Below, piece by piece: positions 36,521-45,197 of a stretch of DNA of 64,000 bases; position 1 is the stretch's first letter, and every line of letters starts with the position of its first letter. The translations under genes were made by a program, and so were the position numbers. The DNA is taken from positions 29,802 to 93,801 of IMG/VR virus record IMGVR_UViG_3300045996_002640; one strand, 5' to 3'. The notes under the pieces are model-generated. The model was given only the letters and a program-made list of their open reading frames with translations. It did no database searches and was not told the DNA's origin. This stretch comes from a virus.

Positions 36521-36990
36521 GGCAGAACCATCAGGTCGAGTTGGGCGCCCAACCGGTCGATGTCCTCGGGCTCGCCGCCGCTCGGGACCGACCGCCAGAT
36601 CCCGTGCAGCATTTCCTGCATCGCCAGGTATGGCGATGACCAGCCTTCGAGCACGAGCGTGTTCTTCAGGTCGATCAGCGTGTTGACGTTCTGATCGTAG
36701 AACGTGCCGGGGCTTTTACTCGAAATGAGATCGGCGCACGCCTCTTCGATCGACATACCGGTTCCCATGCTCGAGACCCGGTTGGGGCCCATATCCATCA
36801 CGACGACCCAAACCCCGAACGCATCGCGGTCGAGACCCGCCGGGTAGATCATCGCGTTCGTACATCGCGCCTGAACCAGCATCCACGCGTAGTTCAGCTC
36901 CGCGGTTCGACCCAGGCTCGGGAACGGCTTGTTCCGCAGGCCCTTCATGATCGTCGCCGCGAGAGGGCTCAGGTACGTCGCGTCAGCCAC
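36517..36990 (-). CDS. Hypothetical protein with C-terminal tag
   Basis: Ends EDIDRLGAQLDLMVLP; start uncertain. Confidence 0.7.
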   Translation of the reverse strand: MADATYLSPLAATIMKGLRNKPFPSLGRTAELNYAWMLVQARCTNAMIYPAGLDRDAFGVWVVVMDMGPNRVSSMGTGMSIEEACADLISSKSPGTFYDQNVNTLIDLKNTLVLEGWSSPYLAMQEMLHGIWRSVPSGGEPEDIDRLGAQLDLMVLP

Positions 36991-37579
36991 CGAGCTCCAT
37001 CCGGTCGAGCTCGGCGGTGAGCCGGTCGAAATCGGCAAGCTCGGCGGGGAGCGGCTCGGTCCAGAACCAGTCGAGGAACTGCTTCGGCCCGACCCCGTCC
37101 ATGCGGTCCAGCCAGGTCTCGATCGGCCATCGCGACTGCACGCCGTCGATCGGGAGCGCCACCATCTTGTCCCGGAAGTCGAAGTTCAGCCGGAGCTCCT
37201 GGAGCCCGAGCTGCGCCGCGTAGACCGCCGTCGCCGCCTTGGCGGCCTCCTGGTTCATCGCACCGTTCCAGGTGTTACCCGAGACCCCCGTGCCGGCGCT
37301 CAAGTAGGCGTTCGCGACGACGCCCCACCACGTGTCCGCTTGACCCTCGATCCTCACCCGAGTGCCCTTGCACTCGGTCGCCGCCGTCAAATGGAAAAGC
37401 CTTGCACCGTCAAACCTCATCGAGAGTCGATGATCGAACCGCGGGTTGATCATCGACATCAAGGTCCAGGCCGCGCGCTGCGCCAGCGGTGCGTCGCCGA
37501 GGCCCTTCTCACTCGGCCGCTCGCCACCCTCGATCATCTTCCGCGCGAGCGAAAACGACACCACGATCTTGGTGTTCAC
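36983..37579 (-). CDS. Hypothetical protein with C-terminal tag
   Basis: GTGA-coupled start; ends DFDRLTAELDRMELGG. Confidence 0.7.
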   Translation of the reverse strand: MNTKIVVSFSLARKMIEGGERPSEKGLGDAPLAQRAAWTLMSMINPRFDHRLSMRFDGARLFHLTAATECKGTRVRIEGQADTWWGVVANAYLSAGTGVSGNTWNGAMNQEAAKAATAVYAAQLGLQELRLNFDFRDKMVALPIDGVQSRWPIETWLDRMDGVGPKQFLDWFWTEPLPAELADFDRLTAELDRMELGG

Positions 37580-38190
37580 GGCAGCTCCATCTGGTCGAGC
37601 GCCTCGCCGAGCGCGTCGGTCGACGAGGTGCGCGACCCGCCAGGGAGGCAACCCCACACCGCGAAGCAGACACCGTCGGGCGAGAGCTCGCGCCTGAGCT
37701 TGTCCTTCAAGCGCCGCTCAGACGTCGGCAGCATGAGAGCGCCGCCGAAGCGGTCGTAGGCGACGAGCTCGTCGCGCTCGCGCTCGAACTGGACCGGGTC
37801 CTTCGGGTCGCCCTTCGAGAAGCAGCAAGCGACCGCGAACGCGAGCGAGCGCGTGTAGGGCAGCACCCTGCGGTCGGCGGCCAGCGCGCCGTTCATCCGC
37901 TCGGTCACCACCGTCAACGCCGAATCGAACCACTCATCGAGGCGCGCCGGTGCGAGGTCGTAGACCATCGCGTTGTCGCCCTTCTGAATCACTCGAAAGC
38001 CGGTGAGCGCGGTGCCCTGGAGGTCGGGTAGGTTGTCGTGCCAACCGACGCTCCATCGCTCGTCGAGCTCGGACACCTGAACCAAGGCCCAGATAGCGGC
38101 CGCCTCCGCCGAACCCTTCGTCGGCTTCGCCTTGGCAATGTCCGGGAGGATCGTCCGGAGCTCCTCAAACAGTCGGGGGATCGCGATCAT
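37576..38190 (-). CDS. Hypothetical protein with C-terminal tag
   Basis: Ends TDALGEALDQMELP. Confidence 0.75.
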   Translation of the reverse strand: MIAIPRLFEELRTILPDIAKAKPTKGSAEAAAIWALVQVSELDERWSVGWHDNLPDLQGTALTGFRVIQKGDNAMVYDLAPARLDEWFDSALTVVTERMNGALAADRRVLPYTRSLAFAVACCFSKGDPKDPVQFERERDELVAYDRFGGALMLPTSERRLKDKLRRELSPDGVCFAVWGCLPGGSRTSSTDALGEALDQMELP

Positions 38191-38217
38191 GCTTCGACCG
38201 CATCATGCCCCGGTGCC

Positions 38218-38553
38218 TCAGCGCGGGAGCTCCATCCGGTCGAGCTCGTCGCCGAGACGGGCCAGGTCCTCGGCCGCTTGCTTGCGCGCTAGACGCCCGC
38301 GCGACCGCTTGTTCGGCTTGGCCTTACCCAACTCGATCTTGACGTTATCGACCTGGAGCTTGGTCAGCTTCCCGTCACTATCGTAATAGACGAGCTCGCC
38401 CTTCAAGATCAGCTCGTCCGTCTCGAACAGACCGTACGAAAGATCGGCGGCGCCGAGGGCACCAACCCCCCGATCCGCCATGGTCAACTCGACTACGACC
38501 TTCCCATCGGCCGCGTCCTTGATGGCCGTCCCGACCGGCTCACGCTTGCTCAT
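38218..38553 (-). CDS. Hypothetical protein with C-terminal tag
   Basis: Ends DLARLGDELDRMELPR. Confidence 0.75.
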   Translation of the reverse strand: MSKREPVGTAIKDAADGKVVVELTMADRGVGALGAADLSYGLFETDELILKGELVYYDSDGKLTKLQVDNVKIELGKAKPNKRSRGRLARKQAAEDLARLGDELDRMELPR

Positions 38554-38942
38554 TTTGGAAGCTCCATCTGGTCCAGTTGGGCGCCCAATTCTTCCACCTG
38601 AGCCTCTGCCTCAGCCCGGTCAAACGCCCGCGGTCGGCCCCTTGGGCGCCGGGGCTCGGGCGGTGTCATGTCGACGCCGTAAGTCGCGTTCTCCTCAGCC
38701 TTGAACCAGCGCTGACCATCGGCCGATTTCATCAGGACGGCCCGGTGCCCCGACCGGAACTCGGCCTCGTACTCGAGCACGGCCGGGCCAAAGCTGACCA
38801 TGCCGCCACGTCCGTACACCGTCGATGACTTGTCCGAAACGCTCAGCGAGGTGCACTCCCACTCGTCGCCAAGCTCGTCGGGCCATCGAGCGCCGTAGCG
38901 CTCGAAATGGTCCCGGCCTGCCTCATACACCAGGTTTGGCAT
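38550..38942 (-). CDS. Hypothetical protein with C-terminal tag
   Basis: MPNLVY start; ends VEELGAQLDQMELPK. Confidence 0.75.
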   Translation of the reverse strand: MPNLVYEAGRDHFERYGARWPDELGDEWECTSLSVSDKSSTVYGRGGMVSFGPAVLEYEAEFRSGHRAVLMKSADGQRWFKAEENATYGVDMTPPEPRRPRGRPRAFDRAEAEAQVEELGAQLDQMELPK

Positions 38943-39561
38943 CGTCGACCGCCTCGCCGCTCGCAAGGAGCTCAGCGCGCACACCAATCGCGGGCCGCTC
39001 GCCGCGGAGGAGAGCCGCGATGTTTTCGCTCCCGAGCGAGGCCACGACCTGCTGGAGCGTGCGCTCGACCTCGGCGCTCAGCCCACCGAGATTGACCTGC
39101 ACCGGGGCATACGTGCCCATGATCTTCGCGACCTCGCGTTCCGCCGCGACGACCGCCGAATGGTCGCCCGCCGCCTTCGCCTTGACGATCGTGTCCTCGA
39201 GGCGGATCAGCTGCCGTCCCTTGGCGAGCTCGCGCGACTGACGCGCGTAGCCGTAGATCTGGAGCTCGGCCTCCTCGATCACGCGCTTGAGCCTGTCCTC
39301 CTCGTCCTTCGGAAGCGTCACCTTGGCCGGTGGGTTCTTCTGATCGGCGCCCGCCATCTGAAGACGCAGCTGGTGCAGCACGTCCTCCATCGCCGCGGTG
39401 TGAGCAATCAGGTTGCGGGCCTGCCTGACGAGCTCGCGAAACTCGAGAGGCTCGCGCTTCGGCGCCTTCATCATCGGGCGAGCGCCTTGGTAGGAGCTCG
39501 CAGGCGCGTTCGCTTTTCGCTTCGTCTTCGGTGGGGGTACCGCAACCTGGGTCGCCATCAA
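38923..39561 (-). CDS. Probable terminase small subunit
   Basis: Helical 212 aa with AVVAAEREVAKIMGTYAPVQVNL, typical of TerS oligomerisation ends; lies downstream of ParB/MTase genes and upstream of TerL. Confidence 0.5.
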   Translation of the reverse strand: MMATQVAVPPPKTKRKANAPASSYQGARPMMKAPKREPLEFRELVRQARNLIAHTAAMEDVLHQLRLQMAGADQKNPPAKVTLPKDEEDRLKRVIEEAELQIYGYARQSRELAKGRQLIRLEDTIVKAKAAGDHSAVVAAEREVAKIMGTYAPVQVNLGGLSAEVERTLQQVVASLGSENIAALLRGERPAIGVRAELLASGEAVDDAKPGV

Positions 39562-39791
39562 CTCACACTCCGGTCCATGACTTTGACGGGTCCGCTGAAG
39601 ACCCGGTCGAGCGCCGCGACGACCAGCCTTTCGACGCGAGCTCGGTCGATCCGGTAGAGGCGCGCCAGCATGGCCAAGGCCAAGGTCGCCGTCTGGAGCT
39701 GCAGCGCTTTCGCCGCCGCACCGGCTCGGACCTTGGCCGTGCTTTGCACCACGCTCGCGGCGTTCTTCACCGCGAGCTCATCGAGGATCAC
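39558..39791 (-). CDS. Small hypothetical protein
   Basis: GTGA-coupled start (VILDEL). Confidence 0.45.
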   Translation of the reverse strand: MILDELAVKNAASVVQSTAKVRAGAAAKALQLQTATLALAMLARLYRIDRARVERLVVAALDRVFSGPVKVMDRSVS

Positions 39792-40456
39792 CAGCTCAGC
39801 CAATCGGAAGTCGTCTCCTCGGCCCAACGCCGCGGGCCGCGTCGCTCCCAGTAGATTACCGCATACTCGTAGTTGTCGGTACCCCCACCCGTGAAGCTCG
39901 GTCGCTCGACCACGAAATCGACGTGCTTGGGCCGCCGCTTCCGGAACAGATCGTACCGGTCGCTCGTGTGCAGGAAGCTCGCGCGCAGGAGGACCGAGCA
40001 CACGCCGTCGACCGCGAGCCGGTCGAGCATGCGCTCCACGTGGGACCGCGCGATCGGCTCGCGCTTCACCTTGCCCTTGGCGTTCCGCATGACCTCCTTC
40101 GTGGTCGGGTCGCGCAGCGGACGGCTGAACGGCGGGTTGCCGGCGATGAGCTCGTACTCATTCGAGCCGAGACCGAGCTCCAGGAAGTCGCCGTGAAAGA
40201 AGATCGCGCCGTAGCTCTTGGCGTACTCCTCGGCAGCGGGGTCAAGATCGATCGCGTGGATCTTGATGTCCTGGCCCCAACACCCTCGAGCTGCCGCGAT
40301 GTAGGAGCCCTTCCCGCTCGAAGGCTCGAGCATGAGCGTCGCCGAGCTCGCGCAACCAAAGCTCCGCGCGCGAATCATCTGCGCCTGAGCCAGCCTCGTA
40401 TCCGTGTAGTAGCGGTCGAGCTCGTCCCGCTCGGCCGCTTCGTCGTCGTTTGCCAT
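39788..40456 (-). CDS. N6-adenine (amino) DNA methyltransferase
   Basis: DRYYT, LEPSSGKG (motif I), GDFL, IAGNPPF (motif IV), RPSFTGGGTD..Y....W. Confidence 0.85.
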   Translation of the reverse strand: MANDDEAAERDELDRYYTDTRLAQAQMIRARSFGCASSATLMLEPSSGKGSYIAAARGCWGQDIKIHAIDLDPAAEEYAKSYGAIFFHGDFLELGLGSNEYELIAGNPPFSRPLRDPTTKEVMRNAKGKVKREPIARSHVERMLDRLAVDGVCSVLLRASFLHTSDRYDLFRKRRPKHVDFVVERPSFTGGGTDNYEYAVIYWERRGPRRWAEETTSDWLSW

Positions 40457-40464
40457 CCCGACCA

Positions 40465-40971
40465 TCATGCCGCGGTCAGGTACAACACGTAGCCGGCGCC
40501 GAGCTCCTCGAGGCGTTCGAACCGAAAGATGGCGAGCTCGCCTGCCATGGTGATCACGAGCGGCTCGCCCAGATGGGCGCCCAAGCCGCGCGCCTGGACG
40601 CCGATGCACCACGGCTGGTTGTTCTTTCGGAACATGAGCAGCGGCACCCGCTTCTCCTCGCTCGCTGCCGCGGTGCACTGTTCCCACCAATCCCAAGCGC
40701 GGTGCTTCTCGCCTGCAAGGAGCTTGGACCACTTCCAGTTCTGCTCCCGCTTGACCTCGACCGAGAACGGCCAGATCAGGGAAGTCGTCATCAGGTCGCC
40801 AGCCGCGTTATAGGCCGCGCGAATCGCAGGCGTCGACCACCCACCGCTCAGCGGCGTCGAGACGAACTTCGTACCGGGCTCGACAGGCTCCCACCACGCC
40901 GCGAGAACGCGGGCAGCTTCGCGCTCGCCCGCTTTTCCTTTTGCCCGCCCGTTGATGCGGCCCGATTTCAC
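40465..40971 (-). CDS. Holliday junction resolvase-like PD-(D/E)xK nuclease
   Basis: GRAKGKAGEREAA..GDL..FSVEVKR..WWEQ..PLLMFRKN..W. Confidence 0.8.
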   Translation of the reverse strand: MKSGRINGRAKGKAGEREAARVLAAWWEPVEPGTKFVSTPLSGGWSTPAIRAAYNAAGDLMTTSLIWPFSVEVKREQNWKWSKLLAGEKHRAWDWWEQCTAAASEEKRVPLLMFRKNNQPWCIGVQARGLGAHLGEPLVITMAGELAIFRFERLEELGAGYVLYLTAA

Positions 40972-41415
40972 AACGCACCCGCTTTCGGAAGTGCCCCGCG
41001 AATTCGGCGAGCAAACTCCGAACCGAGGCGATTTAGGAAGTGCCCCGCGTAAACGACGAGCAAACTCGAAACGACCTCGGGTTCTGGAAGTCGCTCCGGT
41101 TTTTGCGGCGCAAACTCAGAACCGACCTCATTTTGGAATTGCCCGCGAAAAATCGGAGGCAATTCCAAAACCCGACGCGTTTTGGAAGTCGGCACCAAAT
41201 TCGCGCGGCAAATCCAAAACCGACCGTCTTTCGGAAGTCGCTCGCAAAAATCGGAGGCAATTCCAAAATCGGAGCCGTTTGGGAAGTCGCGCTCGTTTTT
41301 GCGCCGGTCTTTCCGAACGCGCGCCTTTTCGGAAGTGCGGCTCGTATACGGGGCGCAAACTCGAAACCGCCCGCGTTCAGAAAGTAGCCCGCGAATTCGC
41401 GCGCCGAAAAAGAAA
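40963..41415. repeat. Non-coding array B: 9 units of 49-50 bp with TTTCGGAAGT cores and inverted half-sites
   Basis: Cores at 40983, 41032, 41082, 41131, 41180, 41229, 41278, 41327, 41376; each is preceded by a GCAA(A/T)(C/T)(C/T)C(A/G)(A/G)AA half-site. Confidence 0.9.
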
Positions 41416-41458
41416 GCGCGTCCCTCGTCGTTTTCGCCCTGGTTTTCCTGAGCGAAAC

Positions 41459-42592
41459 TCATCGGCAGCAGCCAGGTGAGAAGTAGATCGCCTCCTCCGC
41501 CTTGGTCTTGTTCGAGCCCATGGTCGAGCGCGTTCGCTCCCAGAGAAAGACCTCCCAGCCAGGGAGGTCGTAGTCGCCGGCATGACCGCAGATCGCGACG
41601 CGCATCTTCGGGTTCTCGCGAGCCCAGTCGCAGACAGCCTGAGCGACGACGCCCGCGCGGTACACGCCCTCGTAGCCCTCGTAGGGCGGGTCGAGGAAGA
41701 CGGCCGTCTCGTCGCCGCCGTACGACGAATTGAGGCAGCGGTCCCAAGACCCGTGGATCACGCGCACTCGCTCGAGCCGCGTTGCGATCCGTCGCAGCCA
41801 GAAGAACGCCTGGTAGCCAGCGCTCGTCCACGCCTTGATGTCGCCGCCCGAACTCGAGAAGGCCCCGCGCTTCGCCTGGACGCCGCGCCCGGCATTCCCG
41901 GTGTGAGGGACCGAGCCCTTGCCCTCGGGACCCTTGCCGCCGCGCCCGCGCGCCTGAATGCCCGAGCCGCCGCCGGCGACCGCGGGGATCTTACCCCTGG
42001 CCTTCACGCTCGCGCCGTCCGCGCCGATGGCGAGCAGGCCACGCCCGGTCGAGGCGTGCTCAGGGACGCGGCCGCGCGCCTGGATACCCTGGCCAGCTGC
42101 CGTCACGCGGGGGATCTGAGCGGGGTCCTGGAGCGCAGGCTCAGGCGCGCCGCCCCGATCCCATTCGCACCAGCCCGAACCGATCCACGCGCACTGCCCG
42201 TAGAGCCACCACCCGGCGACCTTGGCGTCGCCTGGCCAGTTGGGGTCCTGGAGCTCGGCCGCGAGTCTCTCGCGCTGCTCCATGAGCCAGCCGTGCCGCG
42301 CGCCGATGTCCACGTGGCTCACCGGGTAGTCCGCGTACTTGGCGACCTCGTCGTTCTGGTAGACGACCGCTCGCCAGAAGTTCGCGATAAAGCCGTTCCA
42401 GTCACCCACCACCTCGAGCGGGCAAGGCGCCGGCGCGGCGAGCAGCACCGCGGCACTCCCGCAGAACGGTTCGAGGTACTGCTTCGGCCTTCCGAACCGA
42501 TCCCAGACGATCGGTGCGACGTCGCGCTTGCCCCCGAAGTAGGGGAACGGAGCCCTAAGAGGCTCGTTTGATTCGGTTGACGGCTTTGCCAT
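41459..42592 (-). CDS. Dam/D12-class N6-adenine DNA methyltransferase
   Basis: FPYFGGK, YLEPFCGSAAV, VFLDPPY. Confidence 0.9.
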   Translation of the reverse strand: MAKPSTESNEPLRAPFPYFGGKRDVAPIVWDRFGRPKQYLEPFCGSAAVLLAAPAPCPLEVVGDWNGFIANFWRAVVYQNDEVAKYADYPVSHVDIGARHGWLMEQRERLAAELQDPNWPGDAKVAGWWLYGQCAWIGSGWCEWDRGGAPEPALQDPAQIPRVTAAGQGIQARGRVPEHASTGRGLLAIGADGASVKARGKIPAVAGGGSGIQARGRGGKGPEGKGSVPHTGNAGRGVQAKRGAFSSSGGDIKAWTSAGYQAFFWLRRIATRLERVRVIHGSWDRCLNSSYGGDETAVFLDPPYEGYEGVYRAGVVAQAVCDWARENPKMRVAICGHAGDYDLPGWEVFLWERTRSTMGSNKTKAEEAIYFSPGCCR

Positions 42593-43169
42593 CCTTCGAC
42601 TTTCCCATCAAGAAGTGATGCCCGCACGACGGACACTCGACCTCGGTCTCGGCCTTGATCGTCGTCTTCGAATTCTCGGGCGGCAACGTCTGCGGAGCCG
42701 AGAGCGCCGCGAGCGCTGAGTCGTCGATCCCGATCGAGAGCGCAAACATCGGGTCGCCCGTGTTGATCTCGGCGATGAGCGCCGCGAGCGGCTCCTGCTG
42801 GAACGACCCCCGGCGAGCGTCGAGCTTGACCGTGAGGGCCATCGCCTGCGCGCGCGTCAGGCCGTGTAGGAAGACCATCGGGCCTTCGTCGTAACCAACG
42901 TCTCGAGCGAGCTCCCACCGGTGCTCGCCGTCGATGATCACGTTCTGGACGTTGCCCTTCTCGTCGGTGCCCCAAATCGTGAGCGCGTGGCTCGCGAGCC
43001 AACCGTCGGTGAGAAGCCCGTACCGAGTGCTTTCCTTCTGGAACTCGGTCATTTCGTTGGGGTTCCAGTCGTTCGGCTGCACCAGCTCGAGCGGCTTCAC
43101 CTCGACTATGCCCTCAATACGAGGGCCTTGCTTCGGCGCCTTGCTGGCGCGCTTCGATGCTTTCGGCAT
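42555..43169 (-). CDS. ParB/Srx-like N-terminal domain protein
   Basis: PNDWNPNEM, IIDGEHRW, C-terminal CPSCGHHF. Confidence 0.8.
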   Translation of the reverse strand: MPKASKRASKAPKQGPRIEGIVEVKPLELVQPNDWNPNEMTEFQKESTRYGLLTDGWLASHALTIWGTDEKGNVQNVIIDGEHRWELARDVGYDEGPMVFLHGLTRAQAMALTVKLDARRGSFQQEPLAALIAEINTGDPMFALSIGIDDSALAALSAPQTLPPENSKTTIKAETEVECPSCGHHFLMGKSKDGKAVNRIKRAS

Positions 43170-43173
43170 GCGA

Positions 43174-45033
43174 TCAGACTACCAGGCGAGACCCGTGTTC
43201 GTCTGCGATGATCTCGAGCCGGCGCGGGATCGCGTCGAGCACGTCGTCTTGGTGCGCGGTGATGAACGCCTGCTCGAAGCCGTAGCGACCCGAGAGCATC
43301 GTCACCAGGTGCGCCGCGAAGAGACGACGGTTCGCCTTGTCGAGCGCACCAAACGGTTCGTCGATGAGCGCGACTGACCAAGGCGCTGCACGCCGAGCGC
43401 GGAGGTAGCTCGCCGCCGATAGCTGCAGCGCCGCGCCTGCGAGATCCTCGGCGGCGCCTGAGATCCGCGAGAGCTCAAAGAACGGCTTCTCCTTGATGGC
43501 GAGCCCGCGCGCCGCGCCGCACTCGCACGTCTTGACCTTGTGGCTCTTCGGGAACCCTCGACCGCAAACCGCGCACGAGCTCGCTGGCTTCTTGCCCTCG
43601 GCCTCGAACCGCGCAGCGAGCCGGAGGTCGATGCCCGACTCCTCGAGCATGGCGTTCGCCCCGACCTCGACGAGATGGGCGCCCTTCTGGGCGACCTTGC
43701 GCTGAGCTTTCTTGCAGACCTCGAGAGCGAGCCCCGCCGCTCGCGCGGTCCGCGCCTTAGCGACAAGCTCAGCTTCGAGGAGCGCGAGCCGCTCGACTAC
43801 CCCATCGGCCATCGCAAGGTCAGTCTTCAGCTTCGCCACCTTTTCTGCAGCGATTCGCTGGGAGGTTACTCGAGCGGTGACATCCGGGGTCGGCCGACCC
43901 TTGGCCTCGAGCTGCAGTGCTTTCGCCTGCTCCCGCAGTGCATCGAGCCGCGCGTTCGCCTTCTCCCAGGCGCGCTCCTGCTCGGCCGCCAGCGTCTCCT
44001 CTTGAGCCAGTGCCGCGAGCTCGGTCTGCAAGATCGCGAGCTCATGGTCGAGAGCTGCACGTTGCTCGAGATCGCCGGCGCTGCGCGCACGCACCCACTC
44101 GGCGCTCGGGCACTCGGCTTGCGTGACCGGGCAAGCGCCATCGAAGCCGTGGTCGATCCGTTCCTGGATCGTCTCGCGCTCGGCGTTCGCGACCGCCCAT
44201 TCGCTGTCGAGCTCCTTGCGCCGAACAAGGCGCTCGGGCGGGATCACTGTTCTGGGAAGCGCGTCGAGTGCCTTGCGCCCGGCTGCCCCATTCGCGTCGA
44301 GTTGATCGAACGACGCCTTCTTTCGGTCGAGCTCAAGCTCCCTGGTCTCCTTCGCGAGCTCGGCCTCCGCCTCTGCGAGCTTGGTGCGGAGCGTCTCGAC
44401 CAGCGTCTCGGCGGGCCCGTAATGCTCGAGCGTAGCGAGCTGCCGCTTCGCCAGGTCAATGAGCTTCACGTGATCCTCGGCCGCGAGCTGCGCACGCTCC
44501 TGCTCGGTCTCGGCCCGCTCGATCGCCTCCTCGCCTTGCTGCAGGTCGAACCAGGCCGTGTACCGCTTCATGCGCTCGGTCGAGCCCTCGGTCGCCAGCC
44601 GGGCGATCTCCTTCTGCTTGGCGAAACAGGTCGAGAAGAAGTCGATCTCTCCGAGTCCGGTCCGCTTGGCCACCTCGATCTGAGCCGGCGGCCCACCACA
44701 CGTCTCGTTCGTGTTCGAGTCGCTGAAGACCAGCTGCGTGCTCTTGCCGCGCGAGCGCGAGCGCACCGCGTGCGTCCCGTCGCTGAAGTGCAGCGTGACC
44801 GAGGTCAGGTCCTCGTCCCACGAAATCACGTCGTCCTCACTCGGCGCCAGATGCCAGCCGAAAAGCACGTACGGAATCATCGAGAGAAACCAGCTCTTGC
44901 CCGCCCAGTTGCTCCGATCGGCGTCTGCCTCGTACCGCGCGACGATCGCGTAGCACCCCGGCTCGAGCTCGATGGATTGCCCGCCGAGGTAGGGCCCGAA
45001 GTTCAAGCTGTCGATCTGGGTGATGTGGGTCAC
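43174..45033 (-). CDS. SbcC/Rad50-like ATPase
   Basis: NFGPY, NWAGKS Walker A, KQ Q-loop, coiled coils with CPV hook, ISG signature, LIDEPFGALD Walker B, ITAH. Confidence 0.9.
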   Translation of the reverse strand: MTHITQIDSLNFGPYLGGQSIELEPGCYAIVARYEADADRSNWAGKSWFLSMIPYVLFGWHLAPSEDDVISWDEDLTSVTLHFSDGTHAVRSRSRGKSTQLVFSDSNTNETCGGPPAQIEVAKRTGLGEIDFFSTCFAKQKEIARLATEGSTERMKRYTAWFDLQQGEEAIERAETEQERAQLAAEDHVKLIDLAKRQLATLEHYGPAETLVETLRTKLAEAEAELAKETRELELDRKKASFDQLDANGAAGRKALDALPRTVIPPERLVRRKELDSEWAVANAERETIQERIDHGFDGACPVTQAECPSAEWVRARSAGDLEQRAALDHELAILQTELAALAQEETLAAEQERAWEKANARLDALREQAKALQLEAKGRPTPDVTARVTSQRIAAEKVAKLKTDLAMADGVVERLALLEAELVAKARTARAAGLALEVCKKAQRKVAQKGAHLVEVGANAMLEESGIDLRLAARFEAEGKKPASSCAVCGRGFPKSHKVKTCECGAARGLAIKEKPFFELSRISGAAEDLAGAALQLSAASYLRARRAAPWSVALIDEPFGALDKANRRLFAAHLVTMLSGRYGFEQAFITAHQDDVLDAIPRRLEIIADEHGSRLVV

Positions 45034-45197
45034 TTCGCCACTTTCTTCCGAGGCTTGAGAATGAGCGTCCTCAGGTGCTCGGCGAGCGCGTCGCCCACCT
45101 GGTCCAAGATCCAGGAGTGAGTCGCGGTTCGCTTGTCGACCAACCGGAGCAAGTAAAGCGTTCGGCGCACGGTCAAGGGTTTGGGTCGATTGCTCAT
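45030..45197 (-). CDS. Small hypothetical protein (55 aa, below the ORF-track cutoff)
   Basis: MSNRPKPLTVRRTLYLL...KKVAK*; ATGA/GTGA-coupled at both ends. Confidence 0.5.
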   Translation of the reverse strand: MSNRPKPLTVRRTLYLLRLVDKRTATHSWILDQVGDALAEHLRTLILKPRKKVAK

